From Candidatus Bathyarchaeota archaeon (GTDB lineage: Archaea > Thermoproteota > Bathyarchaeia > Bathyarchaeales > Bathycorpusculaceae): DNA of 64,000 bases. Shown here in pieces: positions 20,925 to 31,470 of this stretch (position 1 is its first letter; each line of letters opens with the position of its first letter). The notes beneath the pieces were generated by a model. It was not told where the DNA came from, searched no databases, and worked only from the letters and a program-made list of their open reading frames with translations. The stretch lies in assembly GCA_963772455.1 (NCBI GenBank), contig CAVYXJ010000001.1, positions 1 through 64,000 of the forward strand. The letters are read 5' to 3'. Both the position numbers and the translations under genes were made by a program.

Positions 20925-21145
20925 GAACACCCATGTGGAGTTTAGCTATTTGACTCTTCCCTCTATTCTTTCTTTGCATTCTCAATCATTTCTTCCTAAT
21001 TGACGACAAAGGCAAACTATCTTTCCTTCAGAGTCCAAAATAGTTGCATAAGTACTATCCTTATGCACATCAAACCCACAAACCCAGGCGTTTATGGTAT
21101 GGCGTGAGAGCCCACGAGGTATAACACTTCCCATACCATCAAAAA
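20925..21145 (-). mobile_element. Truncated or internally deleted IS110-family element
   Basis: Minus-strand ORF 21134-20982 reads MGSVIPRGLSRHTINAWVCGFDVHKDSTYATILDSEGKIV..., matching the IS110 DEDD/RuvC N-terminal GxDxHK motif. Boundaries are approximate. Confidence 0.75.
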
Positions 21146-21312
21146 CAAGAAACTAAAAGATAAAAAAATAGTGTAAGATTATTTCTGACAGGTTTGCAGT
21201 AATAACTCGGCTATCTTACCTTGGAAGACAAGTTTGATTTATTGAATTCAAAAATACCTAGTTTATTAATTAACATCTCAAATGGAATACTTGAATACTG
21301 GAAAAGATAAAA

Positions 21313-21921
21313 ATGAATGTTAACGCTATAGATTCTCCGTTAAAGGATAAAGCGCTTGCTTCTAAGCTAAACGGTTGGATGCGGAAAATTGGAAAACGTG
21401 GTACTTGGTCACGTGATAACCGCGCACTTAGTCCAATATTTGCCACGGTATTGTTGTCTTCAATCATTATTCTTTTTGGTTCAACCGCCTATTACTATGC
21501 AAGTAACATTACTACAACTACCACAAACGATTATGTTAGCAGCTTATCTAATAGTCAGCAGTCCATAGCTGAGCGCATAAGCTTTGAAAACGTTATTTAT
21601 TCGCAAACTTTTCCTGCAACATTAAAGATTTATATTCTTAATTCTGGAAGCGCAAATAACCTGAAAATCAATGCGGTATTCATCTATGATTTAAGCCATA
21701 ACATTGTCGGAGCATATTCGGGCAATTCAATTTCTGCGTTGAATCCTATCGATGAAAGTATTCCCTCAGCGACACCAATTACAGGAAACGCTCTAAACGT
21801 CGGAAAGGAAGCTTACTTTACTGTAACATTGGCGGGTCCATCTCTCATCTCTGGTTCAATTTACACTCTTCATTTAATAACTCAAAGCGGAAGCTATTTT
21901 GACCATGAATTTACACCATAA
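21313..21921 (+). CDS. Minor type IV pilin-like protein
   Basis: RA/LSPIFATVLL class III-like signal; ERISFENV; C-terminal LITQSGSYF. Confidence 0.82.
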   Translation: MNVNAIDSPLKDKALASKLNGWMRKIGKRGTWSRDNRALSPIFATVLLSSIIILFGSTAYYYASNITTTTTNDYVSSLSNSQQSIAERISFENVIYSQTFPATLKIYILNSGSANNLKINAVFIYDLSHNIVGAYSGNSISALNPIDESIPSATPITGNALNVGKEAYFTVTLAGPSLISGSIYTLHLITQSGSYFDHEFTP

Positions 21922-23005
21922 TTATCGAAGAAATAGGAAGGGCATCGCCACAGTCTTCGGAATGGTATTTTTCCTACTAATTACTATGGTTGTTTTTGCG
22001 AGCTTCATGACGATTCTCAATCAAAACACTGGTCTCGAACGTACTGTAATGCAGACTCGGCAAATGGATAATGATAAAGCAAATGAACAGCTCACAATCA
22101 TCAACCAAGGCAACACTATCAACACTAATAGTGTAACAGTTCATTGTAACCTTACAAACACAGGAAATCTGCCCGTTCAGGTCATCCGTCTATGGGTTCA
22201 AGATATATCAAATAATAACATAGGGTATCTGCAAATTGCAAGTACGGATGGTATTTTGCAACAAGGTCGAACAAAATTTTATAATGGCACAGTTAATGTT
22301 CAAATAGCTGACCCTGCCAGAGATCTAATCAGATTTTGGTTTGTAACAGCAAGAGGCAACCAATTTACATCCGGAGATACTGGACCTAATATTCCTACAA
22401 TTGAATCAGGTACAGGGGGAGAATTTTACGTTGGACCGTTTGTTTTACGATTTAGTAACCAATCATTCCAGTTCACAGCTGATAATTCTCCACCTTCACC
22501 TAGTAATCCTGCAGGGAGTATGCCTGATGTCTCGGTTCCTCAATCTGCATTCCAAATTGATAATGATAATCAGCGCATCTGTTTTAATATACAAATCGAG
22601 AATGTAGCAAAACAGAACATTGAAATTAGTCGGCAATCATTTTTTTTAGTCGAAGTCAGGGAGCTATCTGGTGATGGTGACCCAGGCACAACAGAGTATG
22701 AACGCTACTTCCACATCGTTGGGCCTTCAAGCACCCATTCGAGTTTATCGCAATATAGCCCAGATTATATGCAGGTCCTCCCTGCTGGACAGATTGCCAC
22801 TCTGAAGTTTGGATCTGAAACCGTGGGCGGGACCTCATTCTTGAACCCTGAGAACGAGTATCAACCTCTCCAAGGTGATGGCGATAATGGTAACAATTCT
22901 GAGAACCTCTGCTGGACATTCCTTGTCTTATTCTGGAGGTATCAAGGCTCGCAATACACTTTCGGGCAGACAATTACATACGTCGCTATTCAAACATTGC
23001 CTTAG
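21899..23005 (+). CDS. Large pilin-like protein (possible tip/adhesin)
   Basis: RKG/IATVFGMVFFLLI signal; NTG..PV..IRLWV and VTARGN pilin motifs; additional C-terminal beta-rich domain. Confidence 0.8.
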   Translation: MTMNLHHNYRRNRKGIATVFGMVFFLLITMVVFASFMTILNQNTGLERTVMQTRQMDNDKANEQLTIINQGNTINTNSVTVHCNLTNTGNLPVQVIRLWVQDISNNNIGYLQIASTDGILQQGRTKFYNGTVNVQIADPARDLIRFWFVTARGNQFTSGDTGPNIPTIESGTGGEFYVGPFVLRFSNQSFQFTADNSPPSPSNPAGSMPDVSVPQSAFQIDNDNQRICFNIQIENVAKQNIEISRQSFFLVEVRELSGDGDPGTTEYERYFHIVGPSSTHSSLSQYSPDYMQVLPAGQIATLKFGSETVGGTSFLNPENEYQPLQGDGDNGNNSENLCWTFLVLFWRYQGSQYTFGQTITYVAIQTLP

Positions 23006-23009
23006 AACA

Positions 23010-23150
23010 CAGAGCGAACTATCCACTGGAGAATCTGAGTAAGGCGGCGAAGCTTCAAGAGCACCTGTAACTATAGAGGCGCTGGCGAATCATGTTTGGA
23101 CATGGTACGAGTTCTTCTTGAAGTACTAAATATCTCGGTTGAGTACTACC
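23010..23150 (+). mobile_element. 3' remnant of an IS1-like element with its right terminal repeat
   Basis: Frame 23058-23129 reads RAPVTIEALANHVWTWYEFFLKY*, like the TPAMAxGLTDHxW C-terminus of IS1-type transposases. It ends in ...gagtactacc (reverse complement GGTAGTA...). Confidence 0.6.
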
Positions 23151-23354
23151 AAAAATCGGGCTGACAGGTTAAAAATGAAGCATCACAAAAGTCCTCTACT
23201 CTATATTACAATTGAGGCATCATTTGACTATACCAGACGGTGCTTAAATAGTGGTTAGTCATTTTTCTGAAGGGGCATCAAATCAAGAGCCATATCTGCC
23301 TAATATTGAAATTAAAGTTGCATGGTTTATATTGACTCCTAAGGAATTAATCGT

Positions 23355-24990
23355 GTGGTAGCTAGCTTGAAGATTTGGAAACGCGCAAAAAAATCTGAGC
23401 AATCACAGTCCCCAACGGAGAATGCTTCAGTTTTTGATGAGTCAATAGCCTGGTGTAGCTGTAGAATCTCACACAGATGTGGCTGGGAAATTAGATGTTC
23501 AAGAAACATTCAAAGAGCACTACCCTCTTTTGTTACCCTTCTCTTATGCTGCAATTGTTGAAAACGAAAAAAATGAAGTAAAATATTCACTTCTCGAACC
23601 AACTCTAACGGAATTAGATGAAAAATTGTTAGCAGAATTAAAAAGTATTCTGTGGGATGAACTCTCTATTAATACAAAAGGCTTTAAAAATGCGCAAGAA
23701 TGCTGAGGAATTTTTAAAGTTTAAAATTTTAGATACAGCGATAAAATACCGCATAAATGTTGATGCAAACACGTTGGGCAAATACCAGTATTATATTACT
23801 CGAGATTTCTTAGGTTTTGGAAAAATCGATGGCATTATGAGAGATGAAAACATTGAAGACGTTTCATGTGATGGAACTAACTCGCCAATATTTGTTTGGC
23901 ACCGCAAATATGAATCCATACCATCAAATGTAAAATTCGAAACCTCATCAAGAACTGGAAAACTTTGTCTTCAAACTAGCCTATCTATGTGGTAGGCACA
24001 TCTCTATCGCACAACCAATTCTTAGATGGAACATTAAACGATGGAAGCCGAGCTCAAGTAACATATGGAACAGAAGTAACACCTAAAGGCAGCACTTTCA
24101 CAATCAGAAAATTCAAAAAAACTCCTCTCACGATTATCGATTTAATAATATACAAAGCTCTCTCTCCAGAAATCGCAGCGTACTATTGGTTCTTAATTGA
24201 AAATAGGCATTCAGTTATGATTGGTGGCGACATCGGAGGAGGAAAAACCTCAATGCTAAACGCCATCAGCCTATTCATTAGACCAACACTAAAAATAGTG
24301 AGCATAGAAGATACACAAGAAATACGTTTACCCCACGAAAACTGGGAAATGATGGTTACAAGACAAGGTTTAGGTTCAGGCGCCGGAGCTGTTGGTGAAG
24401 CCGGAATCGGCAGCATCAGCATGTTCGACTTACTCAGAGCCGCCCTAAGACAAAGACCAGACTTCATCATTGTAGGCGAAATCAGAGGCGAAGAAGCCTA
24501 TGCATTATTCCAAGCTATGGCAACAGGCCACTTAGGCTTAACAACTATACACGCGGAAGACGTAGAAGGTGTTCTACACCGACTAACAACAAGGCCCATG
24601 AACATTCCACAAACACAAGTTGAAAACCTAAACGCTATCTCAATCGTGCGAAGACTAGTCGTAAACAACATTTCTCTAAGAAGAACAATAAGCGTATCAG
24701 AAATGACTGGTTGGGACAAACAAAAAAATGATTTCGCAACCCAGGAAATATTTCGATGGGATACAAAAACAGACACATACCTCAAAGTAGCAAGAAGCCC
24801 ACTTCTTGACAGAATAGCCGCTCAATGGGGATACTCCCACGAAGAAATAGATCAAGAACTGCAGATGAGGCAAACAATCCTCGAATACATGGTACGAAAA
24901 CACATACGCTCCTATGAAGAAGTCTCCAAACTAGTCTTAGACTACTTCTCTGATCCACAACAAATATACCGAAAAGCCAAAGTGAGCTAA
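23355..24990 (+). CDS. Type II/IV secretion (TadA/ArlI-like) pilus assembly ATPase, split by about 3 frameshifts
   Basis: Fragments 23355-, 23479-, 23657- and 23989-; YYITRDFLGFGKID, IEDVSCDG, TFTIRKF, Walker A GDIGGGKTS, SIEDTQE, LRQRPD..IVGEIRG and ATGH. Confidence 0.9.
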
Positions 24991-24992
24991 TA

Positions 24993-25874
24993 ATGAAATT
25001 TCAACCCTGGACAACCGCATACAACTTGCTAAACAAGAAGCTAGATCGTATCTACCCGCAATTTTCAGAGATACATATTCAACTCAAAAAAGGCGGCGTA
25101 CTGATAGCATTCAAAGCATACATAGCCTTCATGGTACTGACTTCAATAATTGTTTTTTCAGCCACAATTCCCACAGCATTTATTCTCTTGCCACTTTTAA
25201 GTGGCATTCCCTTCCTATCCGGAATGAATTTTGCATTTAGTTTGGTAATTGCAGCGTCAGCAGCGTTGATAACATTGATGGTGATGTATCTTTATCCAGG
25301 TATGAAAGCAAGTAGTAGAAAAGGGCCAATTGATAGAAACTTACCTTATGTAAGCAATTTTTTGACGCTACTCTCAAGCTCGAATGTTCCGCCAAGTGTT
25401 ATTTTCGAATCAATGGCAAAGATTGAAACCCTCAAAGAAGTTCGTTTGGAGTTTAGCAATATTATCAGGGATGTTGGGGTCTTTGGCGGGGATCTTCTAA
25501 GTTCAATTGTTCAAAACGCCAAACTAACTCCCCACGATCAATTTGGAGAAATTCTCGAAGGTTATGTAGCTACAGTTAGAACCGGAGGAAACCCAACTGA
25601 ATACCTAAAAATTACTACTGAGGCTGTGACAAAAGATCGAATAGGAAAACTAGACATGATGCTAGAATCACTCGCTGCAATGGCAGAAATCTACATTATG
25701 ATGCTTGTCGCCGCTCCACTACTCTTCATAGTGCTATTTGTTACCTTAGGCATGATTGGCAGCAGCTCATTTGGAGGGTTTAGCATGTCACTAATTCTCT
25801 ACCTATTAACTTACCTTGGAATCCCAATAATGGGCGCAATAATGATGGTTATAATGTCAACTTTCGAAAAGTGA
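24993..25874 (+). CDS. TadB/TadC-like (T2SS F-family) membrane platform protein
   Basis: Follows the ATPase; IDRNLPY.., G.DL.S.I and AEIYI; TM segments at both ends. Confidence 0.88.
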   Translation: MKFQPWTTAYNLLNKKLDRIYPQFSEIHIQLKKGGVLIAFKAYIAFMVLTSIIVFSATIPTAFILLPLLSGIPFLSGMNFAFSLVIAASAALITLMVMYLYPGMKASSRKGPIDRNLPYVSNFLTLLSSSNVPPSVIFESMAKIETLKEVRLEFSNIIRDVGVFGGDLLSSIVQNAKLTPHDQFGEILEGYVATVRTGGNPTEYLKITTEAVTKDRIGKLDMMLESLAAMAEIYIMMLVAAPLLFIVLFVTLGMIGSSSFGGFSMSLILYLLTYLGIPIMGAIMMVIMSTFEK

Positions 25875-25881
25875 GAGCAAA

Positions 25882-26709
25882 ATGAAAATAACAAAAAAGA
25901 CAACCAAACGAATATCCCTCATCTCTGGAATTGCAGCCATTATATTTTTCATTATTGCCTCAGTTTTCTACCTAACATCCCCAACATTAGACTACATGAT
26001 AGTTATAGCATTAACGATAGGCGTTTTACCTCCAAGCATAGCAAGCATAATACATAACCGCTGGAAAATTAAAATTGAAAAAGCAACTCCAGACTTTCTA
26101 AGAGACTTAGCTACAGCATCAAGAACAGGAATACCCCTACAAGTAGCCCTTGAACACGCTTCAAAACGAATCTATGGCCCACTAACCAATGAACTACAAC
26201 TGTTAGTTGCACAAATGAGTTGGGGCATGAACTTCAACCAAGCCCTAGACGAATTAGGCAATAGAATAGACTTACCCTTAATCAAAAAAGCAACTGTACT
26301 GATTAACGAAGCAGCAAAACACGGCGGTGATCTCTCCAACATCTTTGACTCCACAGCAAAGTACCTTGATAGCATCAACTCATGGACAGCAAAAAGGCGG
26401 CAGCAAACCACACCTTACGTTTTAATTTTCTACTTCTCAGTCTTCATGTTCCTTTTCATAATTATTGTCATTTCCAACATGATGTTTACTCCCTTGAGCC
26501 AGACCGGTGCAGGCAATATATCTTTCATAAAGCCAATAATTTCCCAAGAAGCTTCAAGACGACTTTTCCTGCATGCTTCATTGATAGAAGCCCTTTTTGG
26601 AGGATTAATTGCAGGAAAAATCAACGAAGATTCCTTCCTCGACGGATTAAAACACGTAACAGTATTAGCAATCGCTTCAGGATTAGCGTTCTATTTATTC
26701 CTTCGTTAA
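25882..26709 (+). CDS. Second TadC-like membrane platform protein
   Basis: PDFLRDLA....G.PL..AL, YGPLT.EL, SWG, GG and GKI.E.....GLKH. Confidence 0.9.
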   Translation: MKITKKTTKRISLISGIAAIIFFIIASVFYLTSPTLDYMIVIALTIGVLPPSIASIIHNRWKIKIEKATPDFLRDLATASRTGIPLQVALEHASKRIYGPLTNELQLLVAQMSWGMNFNQALDELGNRIDLPLIKKATVLINEAAKHGGDLSNIFDSTAKYLDSINSWTAKRRQQTTPYVLIFYFSVFMFLFIIIVISNMMFTPLSQTGAGNISFIKPIISQEASRRLFLHASLIEALFGGLIAGKINEDSFLDGLKHVTVLAIASGLAFYLFLR

Positions 26710-26746
26710 ACAAAACGATATAAATGTAAATGAGAGATAAATCAAA

Positions 26747-27962
26747 ATGGACGTCGCTAAAGAAATGAAAAATAGACAGCAAAAAACAGATTCAAAAAAG
26801 ACAGCGGAGCAGCCAAAAGAAAAAGTTAGTGCAGACAAAAATACTGAAACAATCAAAACTATGTCTCTGGAAGACAAAATAGACCTAGAGCGAAAGGGCG
26901 CATACATCGAACCTCAAACACGCGACCTCCTAAGAAGACTGCTCGAAGATGGAGATAATGTAGAAATAATTCCCATCTATAATCCAGGTTTAGGATTTGA
27001 ATATCATTCAACTTTAAGCACATTAAATATTGCTAAAATAGATAAACTCTCAAAAACTACTTTAGAAAACCTCGCACAACTAGGCATACTCAAAAAAACT
27101 TTCTTTGACTCAGTGTCAATATGTCCAAGTTGTCAATCAACAATTATTACACTGCACAATCGATGTCCAAAATGCAAAAGCCACAACGTAACTAAAACAA
27201 GCTTAACCGAACATATTCCCTGCGGATATATCGATCAAAGAGACAAGTACATTGATGATAAATGTCCCAAATGCGGAGCAAACCCTTGTTGAAGGTCAAT
27301 ATAGAAACATGGGACGATGGTATGTATGCCAAGAATGCAGCGAAAAATTTGAAAATCCCGAATTTGACCTCGTCTGCAGAAGCTGCAACAAAAACTTCAC
27401 AATAAAAGAAGCCCAAGTAATTGATATACCTAAATTCTCATTAAACCTGCAACGACGAAAAGAAATTAGACAAAACGTAGAAAGCTTAGAAAACATTCAA
27501 CAACTCCTAACCGATTTAGGATTCAGCGTTGAAATTCCAGGATTAGTAATCGGTCAAAAAAGTGGAATGCAACATCATTTCAGTCTAATAGCTAAGAAAC
27601 TAATGGATGGACAAGAAAGGGTTATTGCATTAGATCATGCAGTGAGCGAAACCGAAGTTGCGACATCACCATTAATTTTGTATCTATACAAAACCTCCGA
27701 AGTCAACGTCGATGTTCCAATTTTTGTTGCCATCCCCAACTAAATGAAACTGCACAAGAAAATTGCCCAAGGTCACGACATTCTTTTAATTGAAGGTTCA
27801 ATAGCAGAACCAGAAGTAATGGCGCGAATAAAGAGCGAAATTGAGCGAAGATTAGAAACAAAGAAACCAGCAAAAACTTCCTCTACCGATCAACCAGCAG
27901 AGGATAAAACACAAAAGAAATCATTCCTAGACAAATTTATGGGAGTAAACAAAAGAAGGTAA
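26747..27962 (+). CDS. TackOD1-like multi-Zn-ribbon protein with C-terminal restriction-endonuclease-like domain, 2 frameshifts
   Basis: CPSCQS..CPKCKS..EHIPCG..CPKCG..YVCQEC..LVCRSC, then GFSVE.PG.V.G.KSG.QHHF. Fragments 26747-27292, 27252-27743 and 27744-27962. Confidence 0.78.
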
Positions 27963-28172
27963 CCTCCTAAAAAAGCAGCCAACTCAACAATCAAAACGTT
28001 TGATACCCTGAATTCAATCGGAACCTAGTTCTACAACACAGGAAAAAAAACTCTACATCTCTTTGGCGAACATTTTTTTAAAGCTTGGCCAAATAAACCA
28101 AACCATAGAAAGAATTCAATGATCTCCAAATTTGCAATTGAGATATGAAAAATTGATGCAGTAATCAGACTG

Positions 28173-28496
28173 TTATTCGGTTTTTAAAAATTCTTGTCGT
28201 TTATTATTTATTGACTTAATGAAAGACATGTCTTTTTCTATCCACATCGAAACTGACCAATCTGCAAGAATACATTTAGAACCAGACGGAATTTTCAAAT
28301 CAAGATTCCTCAAAAATTTTACTTCAAGCCGACTTGCCCCAAAATTAAAAATTCTATGTAGAATAACCATGAATTCTTCTAGTCTTTGAGGGATATCATT
28401 TTTTTCCATGTTAAAGTTAACTTCTAACCGAAGATAAAACTCATTCTTTACAGTTACACCTAACAAAGAAAGCGCTTCATCTATGGACTCTACCAA
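28173..28496 (-). CDS. DUF3227/NitrOD5-like protein (paralog 1; true start probably upstream)
   Basis: IDEALSLLG..VKN..Y..LE..F.M.K.DIP.RLEEF...L..IF..GA.RLE. Confidence 0.7.
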   Translation of the reverse strand: MVESIDEALSLLGVTVKNEFYLRLEVNFNMEKNDIPQRLEEFMVILHRIFNFGASRLEVKFLRNLDLKIPSGSKCILADWSVSMWIEKDMSFIKSINNKRQEFLKTE

Positions 28497-28843
28497 AAAT
28501 TTATCAAATTGTTTAAAGCTGTTTCTTTCGAATTCTCATTCTCATTTTCTGTCCATTCTTTCAGTTTGATTTTGAGAAATACTGGTACTGTCAAAGTCTA
28601 TTTGAATCAGAGACTCTTCACGATTAATTGCGAAACTCATAATTTTTCCTTCATGACGAATTTCTTAGGAATAGCGCTAACAAACAGGCAGTTGAATGAA
28701 TATTTAAACCTAAGACATTTCAAATACTTATCACAGTTCAACATTAAAAGCAAAAATATTTCCAAAAAACAATTCATAACATCCACCTACAATTTAGAAA
28801 GCATCACTTACAAAATATAAGAAACAAAGAAAAGAAAAAAAAT

Positions 28844-29284
28844 TTATATAATTTCTTTGACTCGCGATTCAATAAATTCAGCTACCTTTTCTTCACTGAA
28901 GCTTTTTTCTTCTTCCTGCAACTTTAACTGCTCTTTTATTGTGTTAAGCAGTTTCTCGATATCTACTGGTTTTATCAGGTATGCATCTGCATTCTTGTTT
29001 AAAGCTTCTATAGCGTTTTGCGTTGAGGGGTATCCTGTTACCATTATTTTTCGGGTTCTAGGTACGGCAGGTTTCATGAGTTTTAAAAGTTCTACGCCTT
29101 CCATGTCGGGTAGGCGGATGTCTAAGAGCGCTATGTTGTAGGATGTATCTTTTGATTTTTGTACACCTTCTTTTCCACTGGCAGCCATGTCTACTTCGTA
29201 TCCTTCATCTTCAAGAATTGCCTTCATGGTGGATCTTATGGTGTCATCATCGTCAACAATTAGTATTCTGGTTTCATTATTCAA
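28844..29284 (-). CDS. Stand-alone response regulator receiver
   Basis: ILIVDDD, LLDIRLPDMEG, MVTGY and YLIKP. Confidence 0.95.
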   Translation of the reverse strand: MNNETRILIVDDDDTIRSTMKAILEDEGYEVDMAASGKEGVQKSKDTSYNIALLDIRLPDMEGVELLKLMKPAVPRTRKIMVTGYPSTQNAIEALNKNADAYLIKPVDIEKLLNTIKEQLKLQEEEKSFSEEKVAEFIESRVKEII

Positions 29285-31191
29285 TCATTTTCACCTCCAA
29301 TTTTTGCGCTGTGTTCAATTGGTAATGTAACTGTGAATGTTGTGCCCTTCCCTTTAGAGGTCTTAAAACTAATAGTTCCCCCGTGAGCTTCCACGATACG
29401 TTTACATATTGCTAATCCAAAACCCATTCCTTGCGCTTTAGTAGTGGACAAAGGCGAGAAAAGCTTTGGAAGAGCCTCATCGGGAATTCCCATTCCAGTA
29501 TCGGTAAAAGAAATTTCCAAGTTGTTACTCTCTTGCTTGGCGATAATCGAAATTAAGCCTCCATCAGGCATTGCGTCAACTGCATTTTTTACCAAATTGA
29601 TAAAGACACGTTCTAGTTTATCAGAATCAACTTTCATTTTAGCCGAATATGCTACATGTTTTACAACCTTAACTTTTTTTGGAATCTGAACCATGGCTAA
29701 AGCTTGAACAATCAAGTTTTCTATTGAAGTTTCTTTTCGCTCCAAACGCATTTCCTTAGAATAATCCAGAAGGTCATTTATTATTTTGTTTGAATGACCC
29801 ACGCATTTGTCGATTATTTCAAGCATTTCTTTAGATTGCGCTGACAAACCTTGAGTCTCCTTCTTTTTCAAGTAATAAGAAGCGTTCTTAATGCCAGTCA
29901 AAGGATTACGAAGATCATGCCCAATCATTCCAGCTAACTCCCCAATTGCAGTTAACCTCTCAGACTTAATAATTTGAGCTTGAGCTTCGGCAAGTTGGCT
30001 GGTTTTTTGCTGAACTATTTCCTCAAGATTCTTAGAATATTTCTCTAACTTCTTCTCCATATCTTTACGCAAAGTAACGTCGGCAACAAGAGCAAGAGTC
30101 CCAATGTAAACCCCCTGATCATCATTAATCGGAGAAGCCACAATACTTGCGTAAATTCGAGATCCATCTTTCCGAATGATCTCATACTCAAAATTGCCAT
30201 TCAAACCCGACTCGTATTTTCCCAAGAAATTCTCCGCTTGCTCAACAACACTTCCTTCAAGAAACTCAAAGGCTCTCTTACCAAGCATTTCACTTTGAAC
30301 ATAACCCAACATTTGAGCCATACGAGGATTAACAAACGTTGTAACATATTCCTTATCAAATACCCAAACACCCTCTTGCGCAAGCTCTACTAAATTGCGG
30401 TATTGGGCCTCACTTTCCATTAACGACTTTTGGGTATTTCTTATCTCAGTAATGTCATGAAAAACGCAGTGGAGAAACTTTTTATTTTTCATTTCTATGG
30501 CTCTTGTACTGACCAAAATATTCTTGATGCTGCAATCTTTAGTTTGGTGCTCAGTCTCAAACTCTTCTTTGCCTTCCTTCAACATTTTAGCGATATGAGA
30601 CTTCACTTCATCTTCAGATTCTTTAGCTTCTATATCAAATAACCTTAACTTTTCAAATTCTTCCCGACTAAACCCTAATTGCTGATGAGCAACATCATTA
30701 AATTCAACAAAACCCATGGTTATTGGATCAACAATCAAAACTCCCAATGGAGATTGATTAAATAAAGCATGATAGCGTTGTTCAGCCTCTTTTGTTTTCT
30801 GATCGCTCTTCTTTCTCTCACTAAGGTTCTTTACTACTCCAACGGCGTTCCATTTACCCAATAGCTTTATGGGTGAAATTGATAATTCCACAGGGAATTC
30901 GGTTCCATCCTTATGGCGACCAATCAACTCTACATCTCCAACAGTGAAGTATCCCATTCCAGTTTCATTAAAAATTTTCACACTTTGCTCAATACGATCA
31001 TGTCCTTCTTGACACATTGAAGTTGGAACCACAAGTTCATGGATATTTTTGCCAATTGCCTCTTCACTTGTGTAACCAAAAGTTTTTTCTGAAGCTGGAT
31101 TCCAATAGGCTACTTTTGATTCTTCATCAACTAAAATAATAGCATCTTTAACAGAATTTGTTATAAGCTGAAACTTTTCTTCGTTTTCCAA
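29281..31191 (-). CDS. Cytoplasmic sensor histidine kinase with three PAS domains
   Basis: Three PAS repeats; H-box HDLRNPL; N-box NLVKNAVDA; DTGMGI; GMGFGL; no TM segment. Confidence 0.95.
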   Translation of the reverse strand: MENEEKFQLITNSVKDAIILVDEESKVAYWNPASEKTFGYTSEEAIGKNIHELVVPTSMCQEGHDRIEQSVKIFNETGMGYFTVGDVELIGRHKDGTEFPVELSISPIKLLGKWNAVGVVKNLSERKKSDQKTKEAEQRYHALFNQSPLGVLIVDPITMGFVEFNDVAHQQLGFSREEFEKLRLFDIEAKESEDEVKSHIAKMLKEGKEEFETEHQTKDCSIKNILVSTRAIEMKNKKFLHCVFHDITEIRNTQKSLMESEAQYRNLVELAQEGVWVFDKEYVTTFVNPRMAQMLGYVQSEMLGKRAFEFLEGSVVEQAENFLGKYESGLNGNFEYEIIRKDGSRIYASIVASPINDDQGVYIGTLALVADVTLRKDMEKKLEKYSKNLEEIVQQKTSQLAEAQAQIIKSERLTAIGELAGMIGHDLRNPLTGIKNASYYLKKKETQGLSAQSKEMLEIIDKCVGHSNKIINDLLDYSKEMRLERKETSIENLIVQALAMVQIPKKVKVVKHVAYSAKMKVDSDKLERVFINLVKNAVDAMPDGGLISIIAKQESNNLEISFTDTGMGIPDEALPKLFSPLSTTKAQGMGFGLAICKRIVEAHGGTISFKTSKGKGTTFTVTLPIEHSAKIGGEND

Positions 31192-31470
31192 TGTTAAACC
31201 TCACCATTAAACATATTTTCTAATGTGAAATCTGGAACAGCCCTATTTTCACTTCTACATTCGTAGACGCAGCTATTTTTTCCTCTTTGCATAGCATTCC
31301 ATGCTTCAAATGGATTCTTAATGTTCATGATAGCTAGTAACCTTCTCTGGAACGATAAAATCTAACCTGAGAACATAATAAAACATTATGAATTTGAGAT
31401 ATATGCGGATAATTCATCAATTTCAAAACCGTTTCTAATTCTAACTTTAATTCTTGCTTTGCTCTATCCT

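Noticed and set aside
20311-26709. Archaellum (motility) operon
   Set aside because: No ArlH/ArlF/ArlG or chemotaxis genes; two separate TadB/C-like genes and pilin-type subunits fit an adhesive pilus.
28509-28820. 103-aa plus-strand ORF
   Set aside because: TTG start, no recognisable motif, opposite to the flanking genes; likely spurious.
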